Assembly (NCBI RefSeq): GCF_018350175.1
Contig: NC_058373.1
Span: forward strand, 100,008,001-100,072,000
DNA from: Felis catus
Lineage: Eukaryota
Direction of reading: 5' to 3'
Length of the DNA stretch: 64,000 nt
Part shown: positions 53,050 to 64,000 of the stretch, piece by piece
Layout of the letters: each line of letters begins with the position of its first letter
How positions within the stretch are numbered: position 1 is the first letter of the stretch
Position numbers and translations under genes: made by a program
Notes under the pieces: model-generated
Database searches by the model: none
What the model was told of the DNA's origin: nothing
What the model saw: the letters and a program-made list of their open reading frames with translations, nothing else

Positions 53050-53314
53050 GCTACCCCCTACCTTTCTTCATATCAGCTTCTTCAGGGATGACCATGCACG
53101 TGCTCACCATCTTCTTCAGCCATGCGAATGTATCTTTGCCCCATCACTCTGCCAAAATAGCTGTTACCTTAAGATCCACAGTGAACTTCATGTCAACAAG
53201 TTCATTACACATTTTTCAGTCCTCACCCAAGTTAATCACTCAGCATCAAATGACCATATTTTTCTTTCTAACACTTACACTGCATAGCACTTTTGCTAGC
53301 ACACTGTTCTGGAT

Positions 53315-53350
<36 letters not shown>

Positions 53351-54220
53351 TACCTCACTAGCTGCTGTTCAATCTCTGCCTTGCCAACAGAGGTTCACGT
53401 TTCTTAAGACCTGAGCCTCGGGCCCCTGTTCTTCCCAAGTGATCACATCCACACTCATGGCATCATGCCACCTAAAAGCAAATGACTCATACAAATCATA
53501 CATCTTCTAACATCTCTTAACATTCTAACATTCACTTCTCTTCACCCACAACAGCTGGTACAAGCTACAACCATTTATTGCACGTCTATGGCAGTTAGCC
53601 TTCTAATTACTGTGTATATATCCTCTGGTTGCCACCATTCCATTCTGCACGTTGTTGCCAGTTATCTTTTTAAACAAAAATCTAATTTATTATAAAAGTC
53701 CCACCCCCAGATTCCTCCATTGGCTCTGATCACTCTTAGAATAAAGACAAATTCTCTCGTACATGTTAGAAGACACTTCATGGTTCCAACCTCATTTTAT
53801 ACTGTGTTCCTCCTTATTCCTCATCACGCCAGCCACACTTAGCATTCTTTCAGTCCTTTGTACTTGCCATCTCCCTTATACCACAAAACCTTTCTATGTT
53901 CTTTTCCCTCTTCTTAGAATGTTTTTTTTCCTTTGCTTAGTTAACTCTTAGCTCCAAGGTAACATTTCTTCAGGAAAGCCTTCATTCAACTATCCAACCA
54001 GATTAGATTCCAAAATTATAGACTCTCAGAGCATTATGCTCCTTTCCTTCATATCATTTGCACATTTGTGATTTTATATTTGTGTGATTTATTTGTGAGA
54101 GCTTACTGGACTGTAAGCATTATTGGAATAAGGACCAGTCTATTATTGCTGTATCCCTAGCACCTAACTTAACACCTGGCATGTAATTGGTGTTTAATAA
54201 ATATTTATTGGATGGATAAG
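53050..54220 (+). mobile_element. L2 LINE relic
   Basis: Ends in the canonical GCTGTATCCCTAGCACCT...CCTGGCATGTA...AATAAATATTTATTGGATGGAT. Confidence 0.75.
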
Positions 54221-54370
54221 TCCCTTGTTCACCATATCTTAAATATTCTGGGGTGAAGGAATCCCTGAATATATAGTTTCACAGCAGAACTTTCTCCATT
54301 CATTTTTCATTTTTTCCCCTCTTTTTCCAATTATCTACCTCCTCCCCTCAAAAAGAATGTTTGCTTTAAA

Positions 54371-54915
54371 CAGGGATCTCAAACTCAAATGCCCAGAGAG
54401 CCCTGGACACTCCATTTGAGAGATAACAGGGAGTGGTAAGTGACTGTTGTCAACTAGAAAGCACATATCTAAAGAGGATAGCCACATTAATTCAGTTCCA
54501 GCTGTGAGCTGGCATTGCCAAATCATCTGATTTTTCATGAGAAGTCAGAAGTTTGGATTTTTTTAAATGGGAAATCTTTTTAAATAATGACAGGAGGGGG
54601 GAAGGAAAAAAAAAAAAAGAGGTTAGAGTGGGAGAGAGCCAAAGCATAAGAGACTCTTAAAAACTGAGAACAAACTGAGGGCTGATGGGGGGTGGGGGGG
54701 GGGGGGTGGGTGATGGGTATTGAGGAGGGCACCTTTTGGGATGAGCATTGGGTGTTGTATGGAAACCAATTTGACAATAAACTTCATATATTGAAAAAAA
54801 AATAATGACAGGATATTGCAAGTATTGTTCAGAATACCATAGGCTAACACTGGATAAGCCAAACAAAACATTTTGTGGGTCAAACTCAACCCATGGGCTA
54901 CTAATTTGTATTTTC
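54371..54915. mobile_element. Probable hAT/Charlie-type non-autonomous DNA transposon relic, split by a young L1
   Basis: Begins CAGGGATCTCAAACTC; the other end has CCCATGGGCTACTAATTTG, similar to Charlie-MER termini. Confidence 0.4.
54596..54799 (+). mobile_element. Young 5'-truncated feline L1 (3'UTR only)
   Basis: L1 3'UTR with G-tract and A tail; perfect 14-bp TSD AAATAATGACAGGA (54582-54595 and 54800-54813). Confidence 0.92.
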
Positions 54916-55668
54916 TCTTCCCTATTTTACTTCTGTGTTATCTTGCTTAAAGGAATAAAACAGATCAACACAATCTTGTCTTTATAATTTCCATATAACA
55001 AAGCTAAACTACATTTAATACCCATTAAATGAACTCTGAGTAATGTACACCTTAACTTAAGGGAAATTTATGGTGTCCTAAGTCTGACCAAATATAAAGC
55101 ACTACATATCACATGACAAACCATCAATGTCGGCCTCCCTCCACTATACTACATATTGTTTAGGTCAGCCACTATTGTACCTGTATTTTGAAGGAAATTT
55201 TGCATGGGCTTAGGCATCTAGTACTGTAATATATGTGATCAATGCAATGATTCAGATAGTTGAGCAAATTAACGGAGTTTAAAAGAAATGTTTCTTTCTC
55301 TCTGTCTCCACAAATAAAATCAGAATCTCTAACTCAAAAGTAGAATTTCTCATCTAATTTGTTTTAAATAAAGAGAAACTATTGTAAATTAAGTGTCCTT
55401 GTTATCTTTTAATTTTAACTTTGTTAAGACTTCTGTTTAAAGTAGTATAACTTTAGTATCCCTGAACTGGAAGTCTGGTAATCTGAATTCTAGTCCAAAT
55501 TCTGTTTTATTTGGCTAATTGATATTTGCCAAATCATTACTTTTCTGGGCCATTTATTTAATTTGTAAAGTGGTTAGTCTCCGTGATATCCAAGATACCT
55601 TTAATCCTAATAGCCTGACACTAATAAAGTAATCTAGAATTTGAGGGTTTAAAAAAAGAAAAACTTCT

Positions 55669-55890
55669 GGGGCCCCTAGGTGGCTCAGTCGGTTAAGTGT
55701 CTGACCTCGGCTCAGCTCATGATCTCACGGTTCGTGGGTTCGAGCCCCACGTCAGGCTCTGTGCTGACAGCTAGGAGCCTGAAGCCTGCTTCAGATTCTG
55801 TGTCTCCCCCTCTCTCTACCCCTTCCCCACTCGCGTTCTCTGTCCCCCTCTCAAAAATAAAATAAAAACATTAAAAAAGGGAAAAAAAGA
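55669..55890 (+). mobile_element. CAN-SINE
   Basis: Typical; TSD AAAAAAAGAAAAACTTCT. Confidence 0.9.
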
Positions 55891-56793
55891 AAAACTTCTT
55901 ACTATATGACCTAGTTCTGAGATTTAATACAGTGTGAATTGTGAGTTCTGTGAGTTGTGAATACACTGTGAATTCTATCTCTGAGATATGAATGCCAATT
56001 TTAAAAGTTACACATATTATGTTAAAACTAATCAAAGTTTGTTTAGGACATAAATACATAAATATTTAGGATCATCTGCTTTCTAAGATAAGGGGTAGCT
56101 GGATACTTCAAATCTTTATAACTTTAAAAAAAATTCAATTATAGCAGCCATTTTTCCTTAAGATAATGATCACACTCTAGAATTTTTTTTTCAGCTTTAG
56201 TCTGAGGATAAAAATGCTTGAGTAATATTTTCTTAAACTTTTTTGCTTTTTCCTCACTGAGGAAAAGCAGTACTTAATTGTATAGTACTTTATTCAACTG
56301 CTGATGGAAACACTTGGGCTAATTTAAGGTGATACAGTGTACTCGAGGGAACTTTTCCGTCATACCATGGAATTAAAAGGTTTTTAAGCTAATGTAATTA
56401 TGTTACATTCAAACTGATTTTGTTCAAACTGTTACTGTTTTTAAGAAATCAGGATAAAAAGTAAGCAGTGTTCCTTTTGCTTCTTCCTTCCCTGGGATAT
56501 TCTATTACTTCTTTTGATGTATTCTGCCCATTTTTTTCTCCACCATTATCAGTCAGACCAATATTCTCCAATGAATCTGGCTCTCTTTCTCTATCTTCAC
56601 AAAAAGCAATTCTGCTATCTTCCTGGTTCAAAAAGCATGAAAGGCTTTGTGAAAAATCAGTAATATACAATGGGAGATTTAGTGTTAGAAAAACCTTTTT
56701 AAAGGATAAAACAGTTTCAGCACAAATTCAATTTAAATTGGTTTCCTAAGGAGTCTAAAACCATGAGTGGGACTCTGATCAGAAATAAATTCT

Positions 56794-57008
56794 GGGGGCT
56801 CCTGGGCGGCCCAGCCAGTTGAGTGTCCGACTTTGGCTCAGGTCATGATCTCCCGGTTTGTGAGTTCAAGCCCCACATCAGGCTCTCTGATGTCAGTGCA
56901 GAGCCCTCTTGGGATCCTTTGTTCCCCACTCTCTCTGCCTGTCTCTCTCTCTCTCTCTTTCTCTCTATGTGTCAAAAATAAATAATAAACATTTTTTAAA
57001 TAAAAAAA
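56794..57008 (+). mobile_element. CAN-SINE
   Basis: Typical head and tail. Confidence 0.85.
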
Positions 57009-57112
57009 CTGTATATTCCTTGACATAAAATATGTTAAATTATCTTCAAAAACTGTCCATACTAAGCTAATGAATAGGCCATAGTAATCTATTATGTTTT
57101 AGAGTGATTTTC

Positions 57113-57339
57113 TTTTTTTTTTTTAATTTTTTTTTTCAACGTTTATTTATTTTTGGGACAGAGAGAGACAGAGCATGAACGGGGGAGGGGCAGAGAGAGA
57201 GGGAGACACAGAATCGGAAGCAGGCTGCAGGCTCTGAGCCATCCGCCCAGAGCCTGACGCGGGGCTTGAACTCCCAGAACGCGAGATCGTGACCTGGCTG
57301 AAGTCGGACGCTTAACCGACTGTGCCACCCAGGCGCCCC
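57113..57339 (-). mobile_element. Young felid CAN-SINE
   Basis: Antisense, CpG-rich; TSD TAGAGTGATTTTC. Confidence 0.95.
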
Positions 57340-57879
57340 TAGAGTGATTTTCAATAATGAAAGCTCATAAATTTTTCTTCTCATAAAATTAATACTTCAT
57401 TCCTAGAAAAATTTATTTATGATTTAAAAAAATACTTCTGGTTAAGTAAAGGGTATGGTAAAGATACTTAATAGCATGCAAAATAACACAAAATGAAGGT
57501 GTTAAACTGCTTTAGGTCATTATATTTTACTAAATTTGGTTTCTGAATATATTTTTCCTGGACATGTTAATTCTTCAAATCTTGAACAACTAATAAGCAG
57601 TTGCTGTGACATACAGATGACACCACTATTAATAAAGCAGCATTTGTCATCTTAAAAATTAGGGAATTAACTTCAACTACATACCATCAAAGATCTAAAT
57701 GTGTGAATATATCAAAGAAAACCAGGATTCATATGAGCCTTGAATTAGGAGTCAGGACATCTGGATTTTAATTCTTTCAATTTCCTATGTGTTCTTGGAC
57801 AATGCATTTAATCTCTAAAACTCAGCTTTGTTATTTGTAAAATTAAGTTATTTAATTAAATCTCTAAGGTTTCTCTTAG

Positions 57880-58305
57880 TCCAGGAGAGACCAGTGATAA
57901 GCTCAAGTTGTCTTCTCCCAGCAGAGTCTTACACATAACATTTATTCTCCTAGCAACAATACGTGGCACCTATGAAGTATTGTAACCAGGAGAGCTTGCC
58001 TAAGACACGGTATCCAGAGTTTTTATTGGGGGACGGTGATGTAGGAATGGGGTGTCTTTGGGGCTGACCTTTGTTTCTTAATCTCCAGCCTTCTCAAAGG
58101 TCAGATTGATACCACATGGCTCAGGGCTTCCACCATAAATCACATCATTAGCATAGACAGTTTTTTGTGGCCCAAGCCTCCAGGTAAACAAAGACACATG
58201 CAAAACTTTGAAATTATCTTCCAAGAGCCAGGGAAGGGCCAGATCTTTCCTTGAAATGTGCAGAGTTTAGGCAGCTCAGGCCTGCCAGGTTAATCCTTCA
58301 CTGTA
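57880..58305 (-). mobile_element. LTR relic (ERVL; MER21/MER77-like)
   Basis: Shares motifs with 59680-60225 (CTCTCCC.G..GA.TC; TTTTATTGGG; ATAAATCA.AT..TT.GCA.A.AC). Confidence 0.5.
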
Positions 58306-58309
58306 TATC

Positions 58310-59640
58310 TTGTTTCAGTGAAGTAATCCATTAGTACCTCCTTGAGAAAGGGTGCTTGATAAGCAATTTTTTGAGGCTTTTCATGTATGAAATATTTTTA
58401 TTCTACTGTCATACTTGATTGATAGTTTAGGCAGCTATAGAATTCTAGGTTAGAGATAATTTTCCCTAAGGATTTTTAAAGTATTGCTCCACTTCTAGTG
58501 TTGTTATTAAAGTTTGAAAGCCATTCTGATTCTTGATCCTTTATATGTGACTTGTTTTTTTCTTTCCTGAAAACCATTAGATTTTTCTTTGACCCTAGTG
58601 TTCAGAGAGGATGTCTCTTCATATGAGTCTGCTTTCTATCCATTTTGATGGGTATTGAACAGACCCTTTCAATTTAGTCACATGTATCCTTTAGGGAAAC
58701 ATTCTTTCATTATTCAATGATTTTCTCTCCTTTGTTTCTGTTCTCTCTTTCTGGAACTCCTAACATTTGGATGTTGGACCTCCAAGACAGATTCTTTTCT
58801 TACCTCTTCTCCCTTATTTTGCATCTGTCTTTTTACTCTACTTTTTTTGAGGTGATTTCCTCAACTTCCAGCCCTTCTCTTTTTCACTTCCACAAACATG
58901 TTTAATTTCTATGAGCTTTTTTATTCTCTGAATTTTTTATTAACAGAATCTTTTTTCATGAGTGCAGTATCTTATCATTCTATTAACATAGGATTTTTTG
59001 TTTAGGTTTTTTTTCTTTCTGTATAATTTTCTTTTTCCTATGTTTGTTTTGATCTCCATCTTTCATTAAAAACTTTTAGGCTATCTGGTTATCCTTGGGT
59101 GTCTTCATAATTAAGAATGGAAGTTCTAAACGTGGGTGAGACATGTACACATTGTAGGGTGATCTGGCTGGTCAACTGGCTATGAAACCACTGATGCTAG
59201 TAAATTTAGGTCTTTTGGGATGATCAGATTGTTCATGGTGAAAAAATATTGTAATCCTTTGACAATAGAGGTCTAGTTTACAGCACTTTGAGAACCTAAT
59301 TGGGGAAAAAGGTAAGGGATGGAAGAATCCCTATACTTGGTATTCATCATTAAACTCTCTTTTTAGCATGATGCCAAACTACCAACTGTGACTGCCATCT
59401 AACTTTCCAGGCCAGAGTAGTCTCTCCAGAAAGTAAGCACCCAGTCAGGATGATTAAGGGGCATTTGCCCAGGGGATAGACTAGTAAAGAGATTTAAGCA
59501 TTTAACTGCTCTTAAATAGCTTTTATCTATCTCTGTTTTAGCTACTTCCACATCTCAGTTTCAGTGGTATTTGGTTTTCTTGGTTCCTATATCTTTTGAA
59601 GATTGTGAAATGTGTAGTAGGTTGGTCCTCAACCCTCCTC
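58310..59640 (-). mobile_element. Old L1 ORF1/5' region relic
   Basis: T-rich antisense ORF1-like sequence (GGCAGCTATAGAATTCTAGGTT; TTCTGGAACTCCTA). Confidence 0.55.
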
Positions 59641-59679
59641 ACCACTGTCATGGGATTCATCTTTCTTGGATAATCACAC

Positions 59680-60225
59680 ATTGTGTTGAGAATTTCCAAG
59701 ACTACCCTCAGCCTCGATTATTTGCTAGAAGGACTCACAGTTATTATACTCATGGTTATAGTTTATTACAGTGAAAGGATAGCATAACATCAGCAAAGGG
59801 AAAAGACACATGGAGTAAGGTCCAGAGGAAACCAGGCACAAGCTTCCAAGAGTCCTCTCCCGGAGGAATCACAGGATATACTTAGTTCTTTCTGTAAAGA
59901 GATGTGACAACACATATGAAATGTTACTTACCAAGGAAGCTTAATAGAAATTCAGTGCTAAAGTATTTTATTGGGATTGAAACAGGTAAGCACTCTGCCA
60001 AAGACATACCAAAATTCCAGACTCCCAGAAGGAAAGCAGATGTTGAGTATAAATCATATTGTTTGCACAAACAGTTTAGGCTCAATGAAACACCCTTATC
60101 ATGTAGGGAATGTTGGGAATCCTCCTGAAATCCAAGTTCCCAAATACCAGCCAAGGAGAAACCTTACAAGTAGGCTTTTTTAAATTAACAGCCTCAAGCA
60201 CACTATGTTAAATTTTCTGCACACA
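59680..60225 (-). mobile_element. LTR relic, MER21-like
   Basis: GTTTATTACAGTGAAAGGATA...GGCACAAGCTTCCAAGAGTCCTCTCCC; an antisense relative of the 23975-24820 LTR. Confidence 0.6.
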
Positions 60226-60302
60226 CATCCATCTGCTTTCTAGCTTCTCAATTTTTGTTTTTGTATCCTTTCCCATTCTACTCAAACTTGGGAGTTAATG
60301 CC

Positions 60303-60489
60303 TTTTTTTCATGTTTATTTATTTATTTTTGAGAGAGAATGGGGGAGGGTCAGAGAAAGAGGAAGACAGAATCTGAGGCAGGCTCCACGTTGTCAGTGCA
60401 GAACCTGTGGGGCTCGAACTCAGGAACCGTGAGATCATGACTTGAGCCAAAGTCGGATGCTTAACCAACTGAACAACCCAGATGCCCGG
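60303..60489 (-). mobile_element. CAN-SINE
   Basis: Antisense copy. Confidence 0.85.
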
Positions 60490-60701
60490 GGTTTCTGCCT
60501 TTTAAGAAAATTCCTTTACTATTGTTTTAGTGGAGTTTCATTTGACAACAAAATTAGATATGTATGTTCAATATTAACCTGGAACTTCATTTGATTATAA
60601 ATCAAAACTCCCCAGTTTGATTGTATAACGTCATTTTTAAGCAACTTGAAAGAAAACAGATGAAGCAGAGAGAAAAGACTTGTTTTAAAGTTTTTGTTTT
60701 A

Positions 60702-60908
60702 GGGGAACTTGGGTGGCTTAGTTGATTGCACATCTGACTCTTGATGTCAGCTCAGGTCATGATCCCAGGATTGTGGGATCAAGCCCCGCATCAAGCTCTA
60801 CACTGAGAGTGTGGAGCCTGCTTGGGATTCTCTTCCCCCCCACCCTCTCTGCTCCCCTCCTGCTCATGCTGTCTCTCTCTCAAAATAAATAAGTAAACAT
60901 TTAAAAAC
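60702..60908 (+). mobile_element. CAN-SINE
   Basis: Typical; flanked by TAAAGTTTTT.TTTTA repeats. Confidence 0.9.
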
Positions 60909-61486
60909 TAAAGTTTTTATTTTAATTCCAGTTAGTTAACATAAAGTGTTATATCAGTTGCAGATGTACAATATAGCAATTCAACAATTCCATATATCAC
61001 CTGGTGCTCATCTTGACAAGTGCATTCCATAATCCCCATCACCTATTTAACCCATCCTCCCATCCACCTCCCCTCTGGTAACTATCAGTCTGTTCTCTAT
61101 AAATCCATTTCTTCATTTTTATCCCTTTGCTCTTTTCTTTTTCTTAAATTCCACATATGAGCGACATCGTATATTTGTCTTTCTCTGACTGACTTATTTT
61201 GCCTAGCATTATACTCTCTAGTTCCATCCATATCATTGCAAATGGCAAGATTTCATTCCTTTTTGTAGCTGGATAATATTCCATTGTATATATATACCAC
61301 ATCTTCTTTGTCCATTCATCAATTGATAGACACTTGGGCTGCTTTCACAGTTTGGCTATTGTATATAATGCTGCAGTGAACATAGGGGTACATATATCTT
61401 TACAAATCATTGTTTTTGTATTCTTTGGTAAATACCAGTCATGCAAGTACTAGATCTAGTATATTTCTATTTTTTTAACTTTTTGA

Positions 61487-61563
61487 CTCTCTCTGCCCTC
61501 CCCCACTCACACTCTGTCTCTCTCTAGCAAAAATAAATAAACATAAAAAATTAAAAAAAAAAA
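61487..61563 (+). mobile_element. 3' fragment of a CAN-SINE (CT region and A tail) fused to the TARBP1 retrocopy
   Basis: CTCTCTCTGCCCTCCCCCACTCACACTCTGTCTCTCTC...AAAAATAAATAAACAT...A-run. Confidence 0.85.
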
Positions 61564-61898
61564 GTATTATCCACTCACTCAACGTCCATGTGAGTGGGGC
61601 ACTGCTGATTTGGGAGTATACCAGACAGCAGCTGCTTAAGCATGGGGACACCGAGTCATGAAGCTTGTGCCTTATCGGGAATGGATTGCTGGTGCTCTTG
61701 AAACGTTTTTTAAAAACTATGTGTGCTAATGTAATAGATTCTGAAATTTACTGGGATAATTTGTATTCCTTTTCTTGCAACTTAATGCCAAAACTTCTTC
61801 ATGTGCCTTAAATACATTATATCGTCCCCTTTAATAAATATTTTTAGCTAAATTACATTGTGTCTTTAATAAAATATTTTAAGCAATTGTGGAAATAA
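61564..61898 (+). pseudogene. TARBP1: 5'-truncated TARBP1 (Trm3/SpoU tRNA methyltransferase) retrocopy: last ~31 codons plus 3'UTR
   Basis: 61566-61661 reads [31 protein letters not shown], versus recalled human C-terminus [31 protein letters not shown] with the SpoU SLNV motif; AATAAA at 61833 and 61868. Confidence 0.88.
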
Positions 61899-64000
61899 TT
61901 GAAGAACCTCCATACTGTTTCCCACATGGCTGCACCAGTTTGCATTCCCACCAACAGTGCCCAAGTTTTTCTTTTTCTCCTCATCCTCGCCAGCACTTAT
62001 CATTTCTTTTGTTGTTGATTTTAGCCATTCTGACAGGTGTGAGGTGATATCTCATTGTGGTTTTGAATTGCACTTCCCTGATGATGAGCATCTTTTCTTG
62101 TGTATGTTGGTCCTCTGTATGTCTTCTTTGGAGAAGTGTCTATTCATGTCTTCTGCCTGTTTTTTAATTGGATTACTTATTGGGGGGGGGATGAGTTGTA
62201 TAAGTTCTTTATATATTTTGGATGCTAGTCCTTTATCAGATATGGCATTTGCAAATATCTTCTCCTATTCTGTAGGCTACATTTTAGTTTTGTTAACTGT
62301 TGATTTCACTGTGCAGCAGCTTTTTATTTTGATATAATCCCAATAGTTTATTTCTGCCTTTGTTTCCCTTGCCTCAGAAGACATATCTAGAAAAAAGTCA
62401 CCATGATTATGTCAAAAAAGTTACTGCCTGTGTTCTCTTCTATGATTTTTATGATTTTAGGTCTCATGTTTAGGTCTTTAATCCATTTTGAATTTATTCT
62501 TGTGTATGGTGTAAGAAGTGGTCCAATTTCTTTCTTTCACATGTTGCTGACCAGTTTTCCCAACACCATTTGTTGAAAAGACTGCCTTTTTCCCACTGGA
62601 TATTCTTTCCCACTTTGTTGAGATTATTTGGCCATAAAGTTGTGGGTTTGTTTCCAGATTTTCTATTCTATTCTATTGACCTATGTGTCTATTTTTGTGC
62701 CAGTATCATACTGTTTTGATTACTAAAACTTTGTAGTATTACTGAAAGTCTGGAATTGTGATGCCTCTAGCTTTACTTTGCTTTTTCAAGATTTCTTTGG
62801 CTATTCAAGGTCTTTTGTGGTTCCATACAAATTTTAGGATTGTTTTAGCTCTGTGAAAAATACTGGTGCTATTTCGATAGGGATTGCATTAAATGTGTAG
62901 ATTGCTTGAGTAGTATAGATATTTTAATAATATTTGTTCTTCCAATCCATGAGCATGGAATGTCTTTCCATTTCTTTGTGTTCCATTTCTTTCAATTTCT
63001 TTCATCAGTGTTTTATAGTTTTAAGAATACAGGTTTTTCACCTCTCTGGTTATATTTATTCCTAGGTATCTTTTTTTTTTTTTTTTTTGGTCCAGTTGTT
63101 AATGGGCTTGTTTTTTTAATTTCTCTTCCTGCGGCTTCATTACTGGTGGTTAGAAATGCAAGAGATTTCTGTACATTGATTTTGTATCCTGTGACTTTAC
63201 TCAGTTCATTTATTGGTTCTAGCAGTTTTTTGGTGGAGTCTTCAGGTTTTCTATATAGAGCATCGTGTCATCTGCAAATCTTTTTTACTGATCGGAATGA
63301 CTTTTATTTCTTTTTCTTGTCTGATTGCTGTGGCTAGGACTTCCAGTACTATGTTGAGTAAAAGTGTTGAGAGTGAACATCCTTGTCTTTTTTCTGACCT
63401 TAGGGGAAAAGCTCTCAGTTTTTCCCCATAAAGGATGGTGTTAGCTGTGAGTTTTTCATATATGGCCTTTATTTTGTTGAGGTATGTTCCCTCTAAACCT
63501 AGTTTGTTGAGGGTTTTTATCATGAATGGGTGTCATACTTTGTCAAATGCTTTTTATATGTCTATCAAAATGATTATATGATTCTCATCCTTTCTCTCAT
63601 TGATGTGATATATCATGTTGATTCATTTGTGAATATTGAACCACTCTTGCAACACAGGAATAAATCTCACTTGATCATGGTGAATGATTTCTCTAATGTA
63701 TTGGTTTCAGTTTGCTAGTATTTGATTGAGGATTTTTGCATCTAAGTTCATCAGGGATATTGACATGTATTTCTCTTTTTTTGTGGTGTCTTTATGTAGT
63801 CTTGGTATCAGTGTATTACTGACTTCATAGAAAGAATTTGAAAGTTTTCCTTCCTTTTCTGTTTTTTTGGAATAGTTTGAGAAGAAGAGGTAGTATCTCT
63901 TCTTTAAATGTTTGGTAGAATTCCCTTGTGAAGCCATCTGGTTCTGGACTTTGGTTTGTTGGGATTTTTTTTTTTTTTTTTTTTTTAGTACCGATTCAAT

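Larger units (their letters stand above)
60910..64000 (-). mobile_element. Carnivore L1 3' part (3'UTR and ORF2 RT to C-terminus); runs off the window end
   Basis: Minus-strand ORFs [22 protein letters not shown]...[24 protein letters not shown] and ISLMN.DAKILN.ILAN. Confidence 0.92.

Noticed and set aside
38409..64000. GPR137C exon 2 and later exons
   Set aside because: I found no sequence encoding the expected continuation (VICKVRC...); it presumably lies beyond the window.

Overview
Mammalian genomic DNA from a felid (cat family), judged by young Felidae-type CAN-SINEs and feline L1 3' ends. The window holds the head-to-head gene pair TXNDC16 (ERp90, minus strand) and GPR137C (plus strand), which share a CpG-island promoter at about 37.0-38.5 kb. 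For TXNDC16, a non-coding first exon, a probable second UTR exon and four coding exons with consistent splice phases are visible. For GPR137C only coding exon 1 is visible. The rest is intronic and dominated by L1, CAN-SINE, L2/MIR, LTR and DNA-transposon relics, and most ORFs in the supplied track are repeat-derived noise. I see no wholly new biological system. The most unusual items are retroposition relics and regulatory candidates: (1) a SINE-tail/TARBP1 mRNA 3'-end chimera inside an L1; (2) a 26-30 nt U6 snRNA retrocopy with a perfect 15-bp target-site duplication (TSD); (3) an mRNA 3'UTR retrocopy in a four-level nest; (4) an ERSE-like element in a four-CCAAT bidirectional promoter; (5) an L2-derived acceptor and a stop/start-overlapping uORF at the TXNDC16 start; (6) inverted SINE pairs flanking TXNDC16 exons. 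Gene identities rest on recalled human protein sequences. Repeat subfamily names are by eye and approximate.
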